From a virus: a stretch of DNA of 64,000 nt. A program made the position numbers and the translations under genes. Positions within the stretch are counted from its first letter, which is position 1, and each line of letters opens with the position of its first letter. Below the pieces are notes generated by a model. The model had not been told where the DNA came from, made no database searches, and saw only the letters and a list, made by a program, of their open reading frames with translations. The DNA lies in the IMG/VR virus record IMGVR_UViG_3300010396_000037, one strand, 5' to 3'. Below are positions 47,113-57,256 of the stretch, piece after piece.

Positions 47113-47315
47113 CGAAGTGGCCATACACGCAAGTAGACCATGATGGCTTCAAATGTGGAGTTTGTGGAAAAGTAGTTGTAACAGACTGCATGATAATAGA
47201 CCAATATGGACACCAGGTGTATTTCCCTGCATCCTTATATTGGAATTTTGAAAAGTCAGAAGTTTACTGTGGATCTGAACATTCCTTAGAAGGTCACAAG
47301 AAATCAGCTAGATGA
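47109..47315 (+). CDS. Small Zn-finger-like protein
   Basis: C..CGK ... YC...H. Confidence 0.5.
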   Translation: MTKWPYTQVDHDGFKCGVCGKVVVTDCMIIDQYGHQVYFPASLYWNFEKSEVYCGSEHSLEGHKKSAR

Positions 47316-47486
47316 TTTCTTCTTTGAGAATATACTCTTAGCACGCTTGATTAGGTCCCACCACTTCCCAAGCAAGAAGTCTCTTGCTACAAGACTATAA
47401 TGACGAACTAAACCGCCTGCAACGAAACAGGCGATATAGGGGACCCAAGACCAATGTACAGTTGGTAGGAAAGAAAGGATTGACAT
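47304..47486 (-). CDS. Small membrane protein downstream of gp19
   Basis: TAATG coupling to gp19; hydrophobic N-terminal half, basic tail. Confidence 0.5.
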   Translation of the reverse strand: MSILSFLPTVHWSWVPYIACFVAGGLVRHYSLVARDFLLGKWWDLIKRAKSIFSKKKSSS

Positions 47487-48019
47487 TATTCAATCTCACC
47501 CACGATGGTGAATTCATCAAGAACGAATGTAACAGGGAAGATTTCAATTTGACTACCAGCTTGCCAAGACAACTGAATTCCGCCCACTTGTACAGGAAAT
47601 AGTCCCTCAAAGTTATAAGTCTTGATGACTTGACCTGTTTGTGAATACTGCAGAACTTGTCCACGGCTCTTGTATGCTGCAGGTGCTGATGTACCTGTAG
47701 CACGAATGTTAGTTACAGGTGTATTAATCTTTCCAACCCATGCTTCAAAACCAGCACGTACCAAGAAGTCTTCATCGTTTATTACTTCAACTTGCCATTG
47801 CTGATATTGACGAACACCAGCAACGTTTATCGTACGACCAAAATAAGGTACAGGTATGGAAGTGACGGATGAATCTGGTATCGAAGCAGCCATGATCATA
47901 AATGGCTGTTTGATTTGACCACGCCCATCCAATGGGTTAAAGATGTTGACTTGGAACAGACTAGGGCGAGCGCCACCATATTGGAGTTGGCTCTGGATGT
48001 CTGAAATTGCAAATGCCAT
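47486..48019 (-). CDS. gp19: Tail tube protein gp19
   Basis: GGARPSLF.V, AASIP, VPYFGR...AG.R....W...VINDEDF..R..FE.W. Confidence 0.95.
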   Translation of the reverse strand: MAFAISDIQSQLQYGGARPSLFQVNIFNPLDGRGQIKQPFMIMAASIPDSSVTSIPVPYFGRTINVAGVRQYQQWQVEVINDEDFLVRAGFEAWVGKINTPVTNIRATGTSAPAAYKSRGQVLQYSQTGQVIKTYNFEGLFPVQVGGIQLSWQAGSQIEIFPVTFVLDEFTIVGEIE

Positions 48020-48034
48020 GTTAGTTATTCCTTA

Positions 48035-50059
48035 TCAAGAAGAAATTGGACCAGTTGTTTGTTGTTCTGAGAAGCTGACTGATCCATTAACTGCTGTAAA
48101 TGTCAAATTGATGAAGTTGATTGAGAAGTTTGGCTGCACATAAATGCTACCAACGAACTCATTACTATCAACAACCTGTTGTGTATTGTTGGTTGAATCG
48201 CAGATGACCTGGAACCAAGTCAAACCACGACGACCCTGAACATCACGCAAGTACGGGTTGACCATATTTACGAACTGGGCTTGTGTGATTGTATCATTGA
48301 ATTCAAACAATTCATATTTAGCAGCAATAGCAATCGCCTTTTCAATCACAACAAACAGTGAACGCACGTTGATGCGACTGAATGCGCTTGGCTTAGACAA
48401 CAAGGTCTTATCACCAAACAATACAGTACCCTGTCCAGGGAATGTCACAACTGGGTTGATTGAAGACTGATACAACAAGTCTCTATCAGTCTGTTGTGGA
48501 CTGTAAGCCAACTTGATGCAATTCTTGATGTTGCCACGGTTGTAACCGGCTGGAGACCACCATGGGTCTGGAAGGGAAGCATACAAACCAGCGATATCAG
48601 CATTCAATGGAACATAGATGTACTGAGAGTTGTATGGGTCATACATGTACTTGTAACCAGAATCCAAGAAAGCATAGCTGCTAGATGGAAGTTGATTACG
48701 ATAAGACACAAGACCAGCAGCTTGACCAGCAGTCACACCAACAACAGTAGAACGTGGTGGGCTCACGAATGCGATACAATCCTTGCGTCCTTCAGCCAAT
48801 TGACTGATCAAGAAAACAGGAATAGTTGAATTTAGAGTTGGACCCTGAATAATTGCATTGATGGTGTATGTATCAGCATTCTGGTACAAAGCCCATGCGT
48901 TTTGCAATGAACCTGTTGAGATGGTGCCTTCTCCAGCAGAACCAACACCACCAGCAAATGTAACTTCAAGAGGAGTGTAATTGGTAGAAGCTGTGATAGA
49001 TGAAGCGTTACCAGATGGCGCACCAGCACGATCACCAGTCCACCATGCATAAGCACTTTGTGTGTTGATCACTGAAGCATAGTAGTTGCTTCCGCCAGAC
49101 TCTGCCTGAGAATCTTTCGCACGTGACAAACCTTGGTACACTTCCAATACGGAACCAGGGATGCCTGTAAATGCACCACCAGCGTCAACAAACACTACGT
49201 GCAATTCATCACCAGCGCCACCCAACTTAGATACATAATCAGATGTACCAGGAGCGGTTGTTACGAGGTTGTAGAATTCCCAGTAGCGAGTCACAGTGGC
49301 TGAAGTTGCGTTAGCAGTCAAGAACAGAGTGTTTGCCAATGAGATAACAGCAGTGGCCACACCATTGGCAGTCGTTACAGGTGTACCAACAGAAGAAATC
49401 TGAACATACTGCGTACCAATGGAGGTGTTGCCTAGAGCCAACCAGTCACCTGCATTCAAACTTCCAACAATTGTGGTAGCATCTCCCAATGAAGCGGTGT
49501 TAGCTGTATTGCCAGATGGGTTTGAGTTAGTAACAGTCAAAACACCACTGTTAGCACCAGGCTGGAAAGTGAATTGCGCAGTGTTATTAGCATTGGAAGG
49601 AGCAGGAGAAGAACTGGTGTAAGCATTTGCAGAGTCGCAAACAGAGACTTGCAAACTGTTACCTAGTGATCCAGGATACTTCGCCATGTACAAACTATTC
49701 GTAGGAAGTGAGGTCAGAGCTTCATATGCGTCGCTGTTGTTGACCTGAATTGGGGTAGCAGTGCCTGTATTTGCAAGTGAGTTTACAGCATTTGCGTCTA
49801 CAGCACGACAAACATACAATGAAGAACTGTAAGACAAGAAGTTGTAAGCACTGAACCAAGATTCAATGTTGTAATCATTGATTGGTTTACCAAAAGTTTG
49901 GATCAACTGCGATACAGAACCAATCAGAGTTGGTTGCATAGCAGGACCCCATACGAACGGAGCAGCAGTCGCTCCCACTGTTGTAGGAACAGCAGGAATC
50001 GTAAGAGTTTGGTCTTGTTCCTGTACAGTTACACCAGGAGAGATAGAAAACATCGCCAT
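48035..50059 (-). CDS. gp18: Tail sheath protein gp18
   Basis: SPGV...E.D.T, F.WGP, FGKP, KYPG.LGN, RKDCIAFVSP, PWWSPAG.NRG, GDKT...SAF.RINVR.LF. Confidence 0.96.
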   Translation of the reverse strand: MAMFSISPGVTVQEQDQTLTIPAVPTTVGATAAPFVWGPAMQPTLIGSVSQLIQTFGKPINDYNIESWFSAYNFLSYSSSLYVCRAVDANAVNSLANTGTATPIQVNNSDAYEALTSLPTNSLYMAKYPGSLGNSLQVSVCDSANAYTSSSPAPSNANNTAQFTFQPGANSGVLTVTNSNPSGNTANTASLGDATTIVGSLNAGDWLALGNTSIGTQYVQISSVGTPVTTANGVATAVISLANTLFLTANATSATVTRYWEFYNLVTTAPGTSDYVSKLGGAGDELHVVFVDAGGAFTGIPGSVLEVYQGLSRAKDSQAESGGSNYYASVINTQSAYAWWTGDRAGAPSGNASSITASTNYTPLEVTFAGGVGSAGEGTISTGSLQNAWALYQNADTYTINAIIQGPTLNSTIPVFLISQLAEGRKDCIAFVSPPRSTVVGVTAGQAAGLVSYRNQLPSSSYAFLDSGYKYMYDPYNSQYIYVPLNADIAGLYASLPDPWWSPAGYNRGNIKNCIKLAYSPQQTDRDLLYQSSINPVVTFPGQGTVLFGDKTLLSKPSAFSRINVRSLFVVIEKAIAIAAKYELFEFNDTITQAQFVNMVNPYLRDVQGRRGLTWFQVICDSTNNTQQVVDSNEFVGSIYVQPNFSINFINLTFTAVNGSVSFSEQQTTGPISS

Positions 50060-50102
50060 GTTGTTGGCTCCTACAGAAAATTAGTGATATTTCATCAGAA
50101 TG

Positions 50103-50109
50103 TATTTAG
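50103..50109 (-). promoter_or_regulatory. Late promoter CTAAATA for gp18/gp19
   Basis: Intergenic gp17-gp18. Confidence 0.7.
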
Positions 50110-50126
50110 TTTTTGGACAGCCTGTG

Positions 50127-51809
50127 TTACCAATTGCCTACTTGATATTCAGCTTGTTCAATCACATCAGAGAGGGCAGGAGTAAAATCAAAAGGTTTTT
50201 CTTCCTCAATTTCACCTTCATCAATGATTCCAAACAACAACTGGTCTTCTTCATGTTTTTCACGTTTCTGTTCCTGAATCTTCTTCCATGCTGAATCTGC
50301 AGGTTCTGTAATATCTAAGAATGCAATCTGTGTAGTCGCCCAACAGAATAGAACAAGGCACATCACGAGATCATCATGCCTACCTTCCTGCGCCTCAAAA
50401 CTCTTGCCAGCCTTGATGAAGGATATCAATTCATTTACCAGTTCTTCGCTGTTTAGAATGATCTGATCATTTTCAAGAATGCTCTTCAACGCGAAACATC
50501 CAATACGTTTTACAGGTGTTGTTGTTCTTATTCCATGTTTTGGATTGTTACCACCATTCAGCATTATTCCAGCTCTACCTGCTGAACCTGTTTGCATGAT
50601 GTTTTCGCATTCTAGATCATAAAGCAATATGCTGATGACTTGCGCGCCAATGTCATTCTCTTCTGCTAGAATATATGCGTCATTGTACACCTTAGCTGCA
50701 TGCGCAATGTAGTTGGGATAAGTTTCTGCTTTAATGGTATTTTCTCTAAATTGTGCTACCACTTCATAAGGCGCAGAAGTTACATCAATTACAAGGAATG
50801 CAGAATAATCTCCTCCTACTCCACGAGCAGTGTCAGCTACAACCATGTAGATATGATTATCAATTGGTTCCTTGTAGATAGCAATATCTTCAGATTTTCT
50901 GAGAGAATCAATATGTGGTAGTCGTGCAAGAACGATTGGATCAATCAGAGTATCAGTACTGCCGATAAATTCTGTATCATATTCTTGCCTAAATTGTTCT
51001 TTAGACGTGTTCTTGATGGTTTCTTCTTTCCACTTTTCATCACGACCAGGAGTTTCAGACCAATGTATATCTATGGGCTTGTAAGCGTTCTTTTTAGTAA
51101 TCGCGCCTTTCCATAGATTGAAGAACAACTCCATTCCATTTGGAGTGCTGATGATAATAACCTTGGTCTTTGTACCAGAAGTAATAACAGGATAAGTAGA
51201 AGTAAAGAACTTGGTCTGAATGTTATAAGGCACGTGAGCGAACTCATCTAATACGACGCAGTTCAAGCTCTTTGAACGCAAACCACCTGCTGTGGTTGCT
51301 GATGCGAAAACAGATGAATTGTTCTCAAGAGCAATGGAACGCAGATTCCAAGTCACTACACCCTGTTGAATCCATTTTGGTAAATTTTCATATGCTAAAC
51401 GAACACGACCCAGAAGTTCTTGGGCGTTCTCCATTTTGTTAGCCATCAAACCTATAGCATAAGATGGTTGAAAGATTATGCTCCAGATGATGAATCCACT
51501 GACGGATGTGGATTTACCGCACTGACGTGGAGCTTTTACAATTGAGAATCTTCCTCTAATAAATTGTTTGATCATCTTCTTCTGATATTTCCAAGGTTTG
51601 AATGGAACCAAACCTTCATCTAAGTTGATGATCTTAATGTAATTTTCTATGAAATAGATAGGGTCTTCAGAACATTTGACATATTCCTCCATCTGTGAGG
51701 GAGTCAAACGCACTGGGATACCAGCAGGTCTTAGACGAGGATTACCATCAAAACTGCTGCGTTCTAGATCTATATGTTCAGCTAAAACTAATTCTTCACT
51801 CTGATTCAT
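50127..51809 (-). CDS. gp17: Terminase large subunit gp17
   Basis: DPIYF..NY.KI, PRQCGKST, LDEFA, STPNG, FRQEY, D.ARG.GGDYS, HDDLVM. Confidence 0.97.
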   Translation of the reverse strand: MNQSEELVLAEHIDLERSSFDGNPRLRPAGIPVRLTPSQMEEYVKCSEDPIYFIENYIKIINLDEGLVPFKPWKYQKKMIKQFIRGRFSIVKAPRQCGKSTSVSGFIIWSIIFQPSYAIGLMANKMENAQELLGRVRLAYENLPKWIQQGVVTWNLRSIALENNSSVFASATTAGGLRSKSLNCVVLDEFAHVPYNIQTKFFTSTYPVITSGTKTKVIIISTPNGMELFFNLWKGAITKKNAYKPIDIHWSETPGRDEKWKEETIKNTSKEQFRQEYDTEFIGSTDTLIDPIVLARLPHIDSLRKSEDIAIYKEPIDNHIYMVVADTARGVGGDYSAFLVIDVTSAPYEVVAQFRENTIKAETYPNYIAHAAKVYNDAYILAEENDIGAQVISILLYDLECENIMQTGSAGRAGIMLNGGNNPKHGIRTTTPVKRIGCFALKSILENDQIILNSEELVNELISFIKAGKSFEAQEGRHDDLVMCLVLFCWATTQIAFLDITEPADSAWKKIQEQKREKHEEDQLLFGIIDEGEIEEEKPFDFTPALSDVIEQAEYQVGNW

Positions 51810-52278
51810 GATCTAGTTTTTCTTGCATCTTGCGTTTCTGGTACACCATGTCTAACAGTTCTGCAGGAGAACTCACAATGATTGTATTATTATTGATGGT
51901 GTTAGCTGATTCTTTTGCAGCTTCCTTAGAGGGAGTTAATGCTCTCCTAGATTCATGTAATGCTAATAATCCTTGGTTGGCTTCTGCCACTTCCTTAATG
52001 ATCTTGCTTACAATTTCATAAGCATGAGGTTGTTGTGAACCTGTAGCAACAGCCATTATTCCCTGTAATGCCTCTGTTCCTTGTTCAATGATATTAATCA
52101 GAGTCTGCCTAGATCTTTCAAAATCTTCCTCAGCTTGTTTCTCTTGTTCTGTCAATTCAATCTTTTCTGGAATCTGTTGTGTCACTATGGGTGGCATGGG
52201 ATGCGCATTATCCACAACAAGTGGAGACATATCCAATGCTTGCGACAATGATTTTAAGATCGTAGTGTTGTTTGACAT
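51796..52278 (-). CDS. gp16: Terminase small subunit gp16
   Basis: DFE.SR..L...IEQG..AL.....A.....P.AYE, NN.I.V.S.AEL. Confidence 0.9.
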   Translation of the reverse strand: MSNNTTILKSLSQALDMSPLVVDNAHPMPPIVTQQIPEKIELTEQEKQAEEDFERSRQTLINIIEQGTEALQGIMAVATGSQQPHAYEIVSKIIKEVAEANQGLLALHESRRALTPSKEAAKESANTINNNTIIVSSPAELLDMVYQKRKMQEKLDHESE

Positions 52279-52279
52279 A

Positions 52280-53134
52280 TCAGTTTGTATCATCTATGAT
52301 TTGTACGCAATAAGACCAATCATCATCAAAATTGATCAATAATGGACTGATAGAGGCTGCTGCGTTTGTGGTGGGTGACCCATTGGCCAACATTCCTGGG
52401 GAAGTGTTAGCTTCTGTAGACCAGGTGGGAATAGATGTATTGTTACCAATATATGCATCTGCCTTAGATACTTTAATAATCTTTCTTGTATGCGGTGGTC
52501 CAATGAAATAAGCTTTCATAGTGAACATCAAAGACCAAACCATAATGCGTCTAGAATTATTGTCTCCATCCTTGTAACTGTCATAGAGACTAGCATTATT
52601 AAACACAATAGGCATATTAAATTCAATTCCTAATTCATCAACCAGTCTGACACGGTTGACCCATTCTGGTGTAAAGAATGGCAGGATTTGTTCAAGTATC
52701 TGTGAATTATCATCAGTGGTGTTCGTCATTATATCCAATCGCCATTGTATATCCATTGGAATTGGAACGAATACAAAAGAAGCATTGGAGGGATCGCCAT
52801 GCGCTGTATTTGCGGCTATAACATTGTTCGCCAAAGAATAAGGGGCAACCATTTTTTTGGTTGAACTTAATTTTCTGTCAGCAGCATAATTCATACTGAC
52901 CATTTCAGCCGCCATTCGAGGCAAACTGATTCCCACTGGTTTGTTTAGATCAGGATTACCATCAAGACGACCTAACCATTTTTGGCGTGGACCATATGCG
53001 ATTGGAATTTTGATAGTTTCTTGAACTTCACCATTACCATCAAATTTCTGAACATAGATGTCCGTGAACAAGCTCATGAACGCTGCAGCGCATCTTCTGA
53101 AAGATTGACGATAGAAAGGAGGATTAGATAGCAT
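52280..53134 (-). CDS. gp15: Tail sheath stabilizer/terminator gp15
   Basis: FY..S.R....F..LF, IPIAYGP..KW, LPRM, QILEQILPFFTP, W.L.FT.K.Y..GP. Confidence 0.94.
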   Translation of the reverse strand: MLSNPPFYRQSFRRCAAAFMSLFTDIYVQKFDGNGEVQETIKIPIAYGPRQKWLGRLDGNPDLNKPVGISLPRMAAEMVSMNYAADRKLSSTKKMVAPYSLANNVIAANTAHGDPSNASFVFVPIPMDIQWRLDIMTNTTDDNSQILEQILPFFTPEWVNRVRLVDELGIEFNMPIVFNNASLYDSYKDGDNNSRRIMVWSLMFTMKAYFIGPPHTRKIIKVSKADAYIGNNTSIPTWSTEANTSPGMLANGSPTTNAAASISPLLINFDDDWSYCVQIIDDTN

Positions 53135-53139
53135 AATGA

Positions 53140-53913
53140 TTAGACCTGATTATCACCGAAAGGATCATCATTTGAGAAGTCTATAAAAGTGTTTGCTTCC
53201 TGATTTATGTCTTCACTATGGTCTTCAGTTGAACCCGAGTTAGGATCAATTCCTGGTCCATCAAACTTGATTGCAAACTGGTCATCAGCAGACACTAACA
53301 TATCACCACCTGTTGCATCAGACAAGGTGTTGTTGGTCTGTTGTGATAATCCATATTTGGCGAATATAGCATCAATTTCTGGAACTCCTGTATTATACAA
53401 TTCATTATTTGGAGAATACAACTCGCTTTGTAGATCAAATGCTTGAAGTTTTCCAAATTGATAGAAGGGAACTTCATGTTCAACGAACCTTATAGAATAC
53501 ATCTTTTGGTTCATTGGTAAATAGATTATATCACCTTCACGTGGTCTGAGGATAGGTTCTCCAGACCATGTTTGTCCTGTAAATTGAAATAGAGGATCCT
53601 TGTCAAATACATTTTTCTTGAATTCATTTCTAGATATCGTAAATGTAATCTGATCACGGAGCTCCAAACCGAACTGTGTTAGGAAGTCTCCTTGGCCACC
53701 AAAGCCTTCAACATTCTTAAGATACACAGTTACAGGATAAGCATTATAAAACTTGGACAACTTATCATCAGGCATGATGGTGTCAGTGTTAAGTTGCATT
53801 CTAGGAATGTAGAACACTTCAACGCCATGTATCTGTATAACTTCATCCACAAGGTCATTGGCGAGTTGTTGTTCGCCTTGGGTTGAATAGTTGCGGAAGA
53901 ATTGAGTCGTCAT
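53140..53913 (-). CDS. gp14: Neck protein gp14
   Basis: EQ.L..DLV.E.I...G....YIPR, GF.G..DF...FG....D, RPREGD.IY.P, FVEHE.PFYQ.GK, PFG. Confidence 0.94.
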   Translation of the reverse strand: MTTQFFRNYSTQGEQQLANDLVDEVIQIHGVEVFYIPRMQLNTDTIMPDDKLSKFYNAYPVTVYLKNVEGFGGQGDFLTQFGLELRDQITFTISRNEFKKNVFDKDPLFQFTGQTWSGEPILRPREGDIIYLPMNQKMYSIRFVEHEVPFYQFGKLQAFDLQSELYSPNNELYNTGVPEIDAIFAKYGLSQQTNNTLSDATGGDMLVSADDQFAIKFDGPGIDPNSGSTEDHSEDINQEANTFIDFSNDDPFGDNQV

Positions 53914-54206
53914 GTAGTGATATCATGTTTCAAAGCATTGGTGCAATGGTCTTTCTGAATTGCGTCTAATATCTTGCATAGCACGCAACCCCACTTCTTG
54001 CCAGCTATCTGCGCCTTCGCTGCCCGAGCGCTGATTGTCTCATCAACTCTACCATTTGCACTGACATTTGATGCCTCGTCAATCATCAATGCTATATTTA
54101 GAGCCTTTTCAGGATTCAGGAAGGTGAACAAGAAATAAAGTATTGCGATATAGACCAATCCTAATGCAAGAATTGGCGAAAGAACAATGAGTGCTAGTCT
54201 TTTCAT
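53910..54206 (-). CDS. Membrane-anchored conserved phage protein
   Basis: N-terminal TM; G..DETIS.R....W...LC..LD....HC. Confidence 0.65.
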   Translation of the reverse strand: MKRLALIVLSPILALGLVYIAILYFLFTFLNPEKALNIALMIDEASNVSANGRVDETISARAAKAQIAGKKWGCVLCKILDAIQKDHCTNALKHDITT

Positions 54207-54949
54207 CCCACAAATCCTTCTATTGGCCAACCATATTTGCCTGTCATCTCTTCTTCCATTCTTTCTTTCTGAATCATATATCTCTGTAATATTTGTTGGC
54301 CATTAAACATTACACCACCAGGCATTTGAATACCAGTGAATTTGCTAAGATTGGTTCCCCATTGAATACCAAGTAACGCTTCAGCATACTCCTGGAGCCA
54401 ACGATCACCCCAGATGGTTGGGAATTGATTTGGGTCTAATGCTTGGTAGCATTTAACGATAACATATGTTCCAACTTGAATATATGTCGTGTCCATGTCT
54501 AGATACAGATTGCCTTCATGGCGATTCCAACGGATAGGCTTCTGACCAACAAGCAATTCTTCTAACAGTTGGATATGTTGAAACGCCATGAAATATGGAA
54601 CGATTGATTGAGACGTCAGAGTATAAAGGTCATTCAAAGCGATCTGATACTGAATGTTGAAGAAATTACCTGTTGAATAAATCGCACCTAGAGGGAACAC
54701 TTCAACTGCACCGATAACATTTTGTGGCATAGGAAATACAACGCCACCATTAGCAGACATCATCTCTGGAGTGATCCGTTGTTTGTAATATACCAATTGG
54801 CTGCCATCAAAATGGTAGTCTGCGAAATATTCTAGAGCAGTGTCAATTCTGTCTTCAATCTGCGTTTCTTCAACGTTGATTTGAATAACAGGTGCACCCA
54901 ATTTACGAAGAATGTATTCTTTGAATTGTTGGCGGTTGGCAGGTACCAT
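54203..54949 (-). CDS. gp13: Neck protein gp13
   Basis: YILRKLG.PV..INV...QI.D.ID.AL.YF..YH.DG; WL..YA.AL...QWG.NL.KF....PGGV..NG. Confidence 0.95.
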   Translation of the reverse strand: MVPANRQQFKEYILRKLGAPVIQINVEETQIEDRIDTALEYFADYHFDGSQLVYYKQRITPEMMSANGGVVFPMPQNVIGAVEVFPLGAIYSTGNFFNIQYQIALNDLYTLTSQSIVPYFMAFQHIQLLEELLVGQKPIRWNRHEGNLYLDMDTTYIQVGTYVIVKCYQALDPNQFPTIWGDRWLQEYAEALLGIQWGTNLSKFTGIQMPGGVMFNGQQILQRYMIQKERMEEEMTGKYGWPIEGFVG

Positions 54950-54973
54950 TGTATCACCTATAGATAGCACTTC

Positions 54974-54993
54974 TATTTAGTGTGACCTAAATA
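54974..54993. promoter_or_regulatory. Back-to-back late promoters (CTAAATA - at 54974-54980; + at 54987-54993)
   Basis: Between divergent gp13 and the 55000 ORF. Confidence 0.75.
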
Positions 54994-54999
54994 TTCTGC

Positions 55000-55827
55000 A
55001 TGCGAACTCTACATGCAGAAATTCTTTTTCATCCAACAGAAAAGCCTTTAATCAAGCTCTATCATGATTTAAATGAGGAGTTAGAAGGTTTAGATGGTCC
55101 ACATGTTTATAAAGTCCTGAGTAAGTTTAAGCCATCATCCTTGGATCATGAAACAATTCAGAGGGAATTACATCATCATCTCTTTAAACATGGTTATATG
55201 TCGGACTCTCCAAGGCATCCACTTGTCAGAAGTCCTGAAGAAAATAAACACGCATTAGAATGGGATAGAATTACAAAAAATCGTGAAGCACGACATGCAG
55301 GTTGGCACTCTGACCAAGCATCTGAAATGAATCATAAGAATCAGAAGACGAATGTATTTGGAGTTTGGAGCACTAGTCATCCTACACAGATTCGTAACAG
55401 ATATACCAAGGGATCAACAACTCCAAGGAAAGGTGGTGTTGATAAGGATGCACAAGGTGGTGAAATTAAGGATGCTCAGAAACCAGGTCATGTTGTACTG
55501 ATTGATGATGCCAGAGCACAACACAAAGCTGGCACTTCTCCTGATCGCTGGTTCTCAAGGATCCCTAACATCAGAAAGATACCTAAGTCCGGACTACAAA
55601 TAGATTCTAAACGCTTTGGAAACAACATTGATAAGTATATTGACGCTAAAAAGAAACATGTCTTCCGTTATGATCCAGCAACAGTCGCTAGAAATTGGTT
55701 AAAGACCAACAAGAAACATCCTAATTATAAGCGTGCCAAAGAATATGTCAAGAGTCAATTTGGATTGAGAAGAGAAAGTTTCATACTAGATGATGTAATG
55801 CATGTATTATTCGAGGAAAGAATATGA
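55000..55827 (+). CDS. His/Lys-rich late protein (internal head protein candidate)
   Basis: Late promoter 6 nt upstream; L-N-E site near the N-terminus; about 20 His in 275 aa. Confidence 0.6.
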   Translation: MRTLHAEILFHPTEKPLIKLYHDLNEELEGLDGPHVYKVLSKFKPSSLDHETIQRELHHHLFKHGYMSDSPRHPLVRSPEENKHALEWDRITKNREARHAGWHSDQASEMNHKNQKTNVFGVWSTSHPTQIRNRYTKGSTTPRKGGVDKDAQGGEIKDAQKPGHVVLIDDARAQHKAGTSPDRWFSRIPNIRKIPKSGLQIDSKRFGNNIDKYIDAKKKHVFRYDPATVARNWLKTNKKHPNYKRAKEYVKSQFGLRRESFILDDVMHVLFEERI

Positions 55828-56342
55828 GCGTTGGCGATTTACATACGAAATATGATGTTAATCACAAAGAGTTTGATTTAGCTATCAAAATGCTTGATGA
55901 TAAGGACGTGGTATTCAATGTCCAATATGATATTCCTTATCTGGCAGGAACAAGCATAGATGGTAAAACAATTTACAGAGACAGACAAACTCCATCTAGT
56001 TATCAATCTTCTTCTGGACACACAGTTGATACAGATAAATATTTTAAAGTGCATGAAAGAGTTGAAAAGGCATTCTTAGATCAAGGATTCCCGTATATAT
56101 TAGCCCATCAAATTGCAGAACAGATAGAAAGAGCTGCTGTGATCAATGATGGATATGATTATGATGAATATGATAGAATTACAGAAACATGGGTTGGAAA
56201 AGTTGGAGATAGAGCAATCTATAATGTTCCTTATGATTTATGCTTGATACCCTATCGAGATTGCGATGATTGGAAAACACTCAATAAAATGCATGGGTTG
56301 CCTGATACAGGAATAGAAACTGTAGCAAAGAAAATCCGCTAA
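55824..56342 (+). CDS. Hypothetical protein with HExxE...Y..AH..A metal-binding motif
   Basis: VHERVEKAFLDQGFPYILAHQIA..IE. Confidence 0.6.
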   Translation: MSVGDLHTKYDVNHKEFDLAIKMLDDKDVVFNVQYDIPYLAGTSIDGKTIYRDRQTPSSYQSSSGHTVDTDKYFKVHERVEKAFLDQGFPYILAHQIAEQIERAAVINDGYDYDEYDRITETWVGKVGDRAIYNVPYDLCLIPYRDCDDWKTLNKMHGLPDTGIETVAKKIR

Positions 56343-56370
56343 ATACATTTGTTACCAGAGGTCAAACGCT

Positions 56371-56691
56371 ATGTCCATTAAAACTGAAATTGAAGCTGAA
56401 AAGACAAAATTGCTCACAGAATTGAAGAGCATCGAAGATAAAGCCAAGGCTGATCTCGCTGCACTGAAAGACAAGATTGATTTGGTTCCAGAATTGGAAT
56501 CAGAAATCAAGACTGTAGAAACGAAAATTAAAGCTGAAGTACAGAAGGTTGAGAAGTGGTTTGTATCTCACTTCAAGTCACAAGCTCAAACAGCTCCTGT
56601 TGCAGTCGTTGAACCATCTACCAACACCACAACTGTTCAGACTGAATCTACTGTGACTGTTCAGCCCGCTGCTAATACTGTAGGAGAGTAA
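56371..56691 (+). CDS. Coiled-coil late protein
   Basis: CTAAATA at 56339-56345; GAGG SD. Confidence 0.65.
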   Translation: MSIKTEIEAEKTKLLTELKSIEDKAKADLAALKDKIDLVPELESEIKTVETKIKAEVQKVEKWFVSHFKSQAQTAPVAVVEPSTNTTTVQTESTVTVQPAANTVGE

Positions 56692-56692
56692 C

Positions 56693-57148
56693 ATGCCTCT
56701 TTGGAAAAAGAATTCGCAGACAGCGAACAACAAACCAAAATTCTTGAATCCTAACACTGCTTCATTTTATCCTGCGTCTAGATGCGAAGGTGTAACTGTT
56801 TCAGATGCTCATGCAGCTAATGGAACATTGACTTCTGGATGGGTACAATTTCATCCTATCAAAGCAGGAAATATAGTTTCTATCTCTGTTACTGCTGGTG
56901 GAACAGGATATGCTTCTGGAGCGAATGTAACAATCACTTCAGCAGATGGTAATGGCACAGGAGCTACAGCTACTGCAACTGTTACTGCTAACGTGGTAAC
57001 TGCCATAACTGTAACTGCTAATGGCTCTGGTTACACTGTTCCTCCTATCGTAACTGTTGCGGGTGGAACAGGTGCAGAGTTTATTGCTAGAACAAATGCA
57101 AAGTTCCGTGCAGAACCATTGGTGCCAATGTCTTCAATGAATTCTTAA
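56693..57148 (+). CDS. Virion structural protein with I.VT..G.GY repeats
   Basis: ISVTAGGTGY / ITVTANGSGY; MPLW N-terminus. Confidence 0.7.
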   Translation: MPLWKKNSQTANNKPKFLNPNTASFYPASRCEGVTVSDAHAANGTLTSGWVQFHPIKAGNIVSISVTAGGTGYASGANVTITSADGNGTGATATATVTANVVTAITVTANGSGYTVPPIVTVAGGTGAEFIARTNAKFRAEPLVPMSSMNS

Positions 57149-57186
57149 TAGATTGTTTGCGAAACGAGGCTCGCGTTATGAGCTAC

Positions 57187-57214
57187 AAGACCAGCTGAAA
57201 GGCTGGTCTTTTTT
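57187..57214 (+). terminator. Rho-independent terminator
   Basis: AAGACCAGCT-GAAA-GGCTGGTCTT followed by a T run. Confidence 0.85.
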
Positions 57215-57256
57215 ATTGGCGCCTAAATATTCTAGAATAACAAAACCTTATTTCTA

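Noticed and set aside
30918-51809. Inteins or introns in gp43, gp41, nrdB or gp17
   Set aside because: Lengths are normal, motifs are contiguous, and there are no intein signatures
57150-57186. Small hairpins (GTTTGCGAAAC, GCTC...GAGC) as a ribozyme or riboswitch
   Set aside because: No hammerhead CUGANGA core or other recognisable motif; only the adjacent terminator is supported
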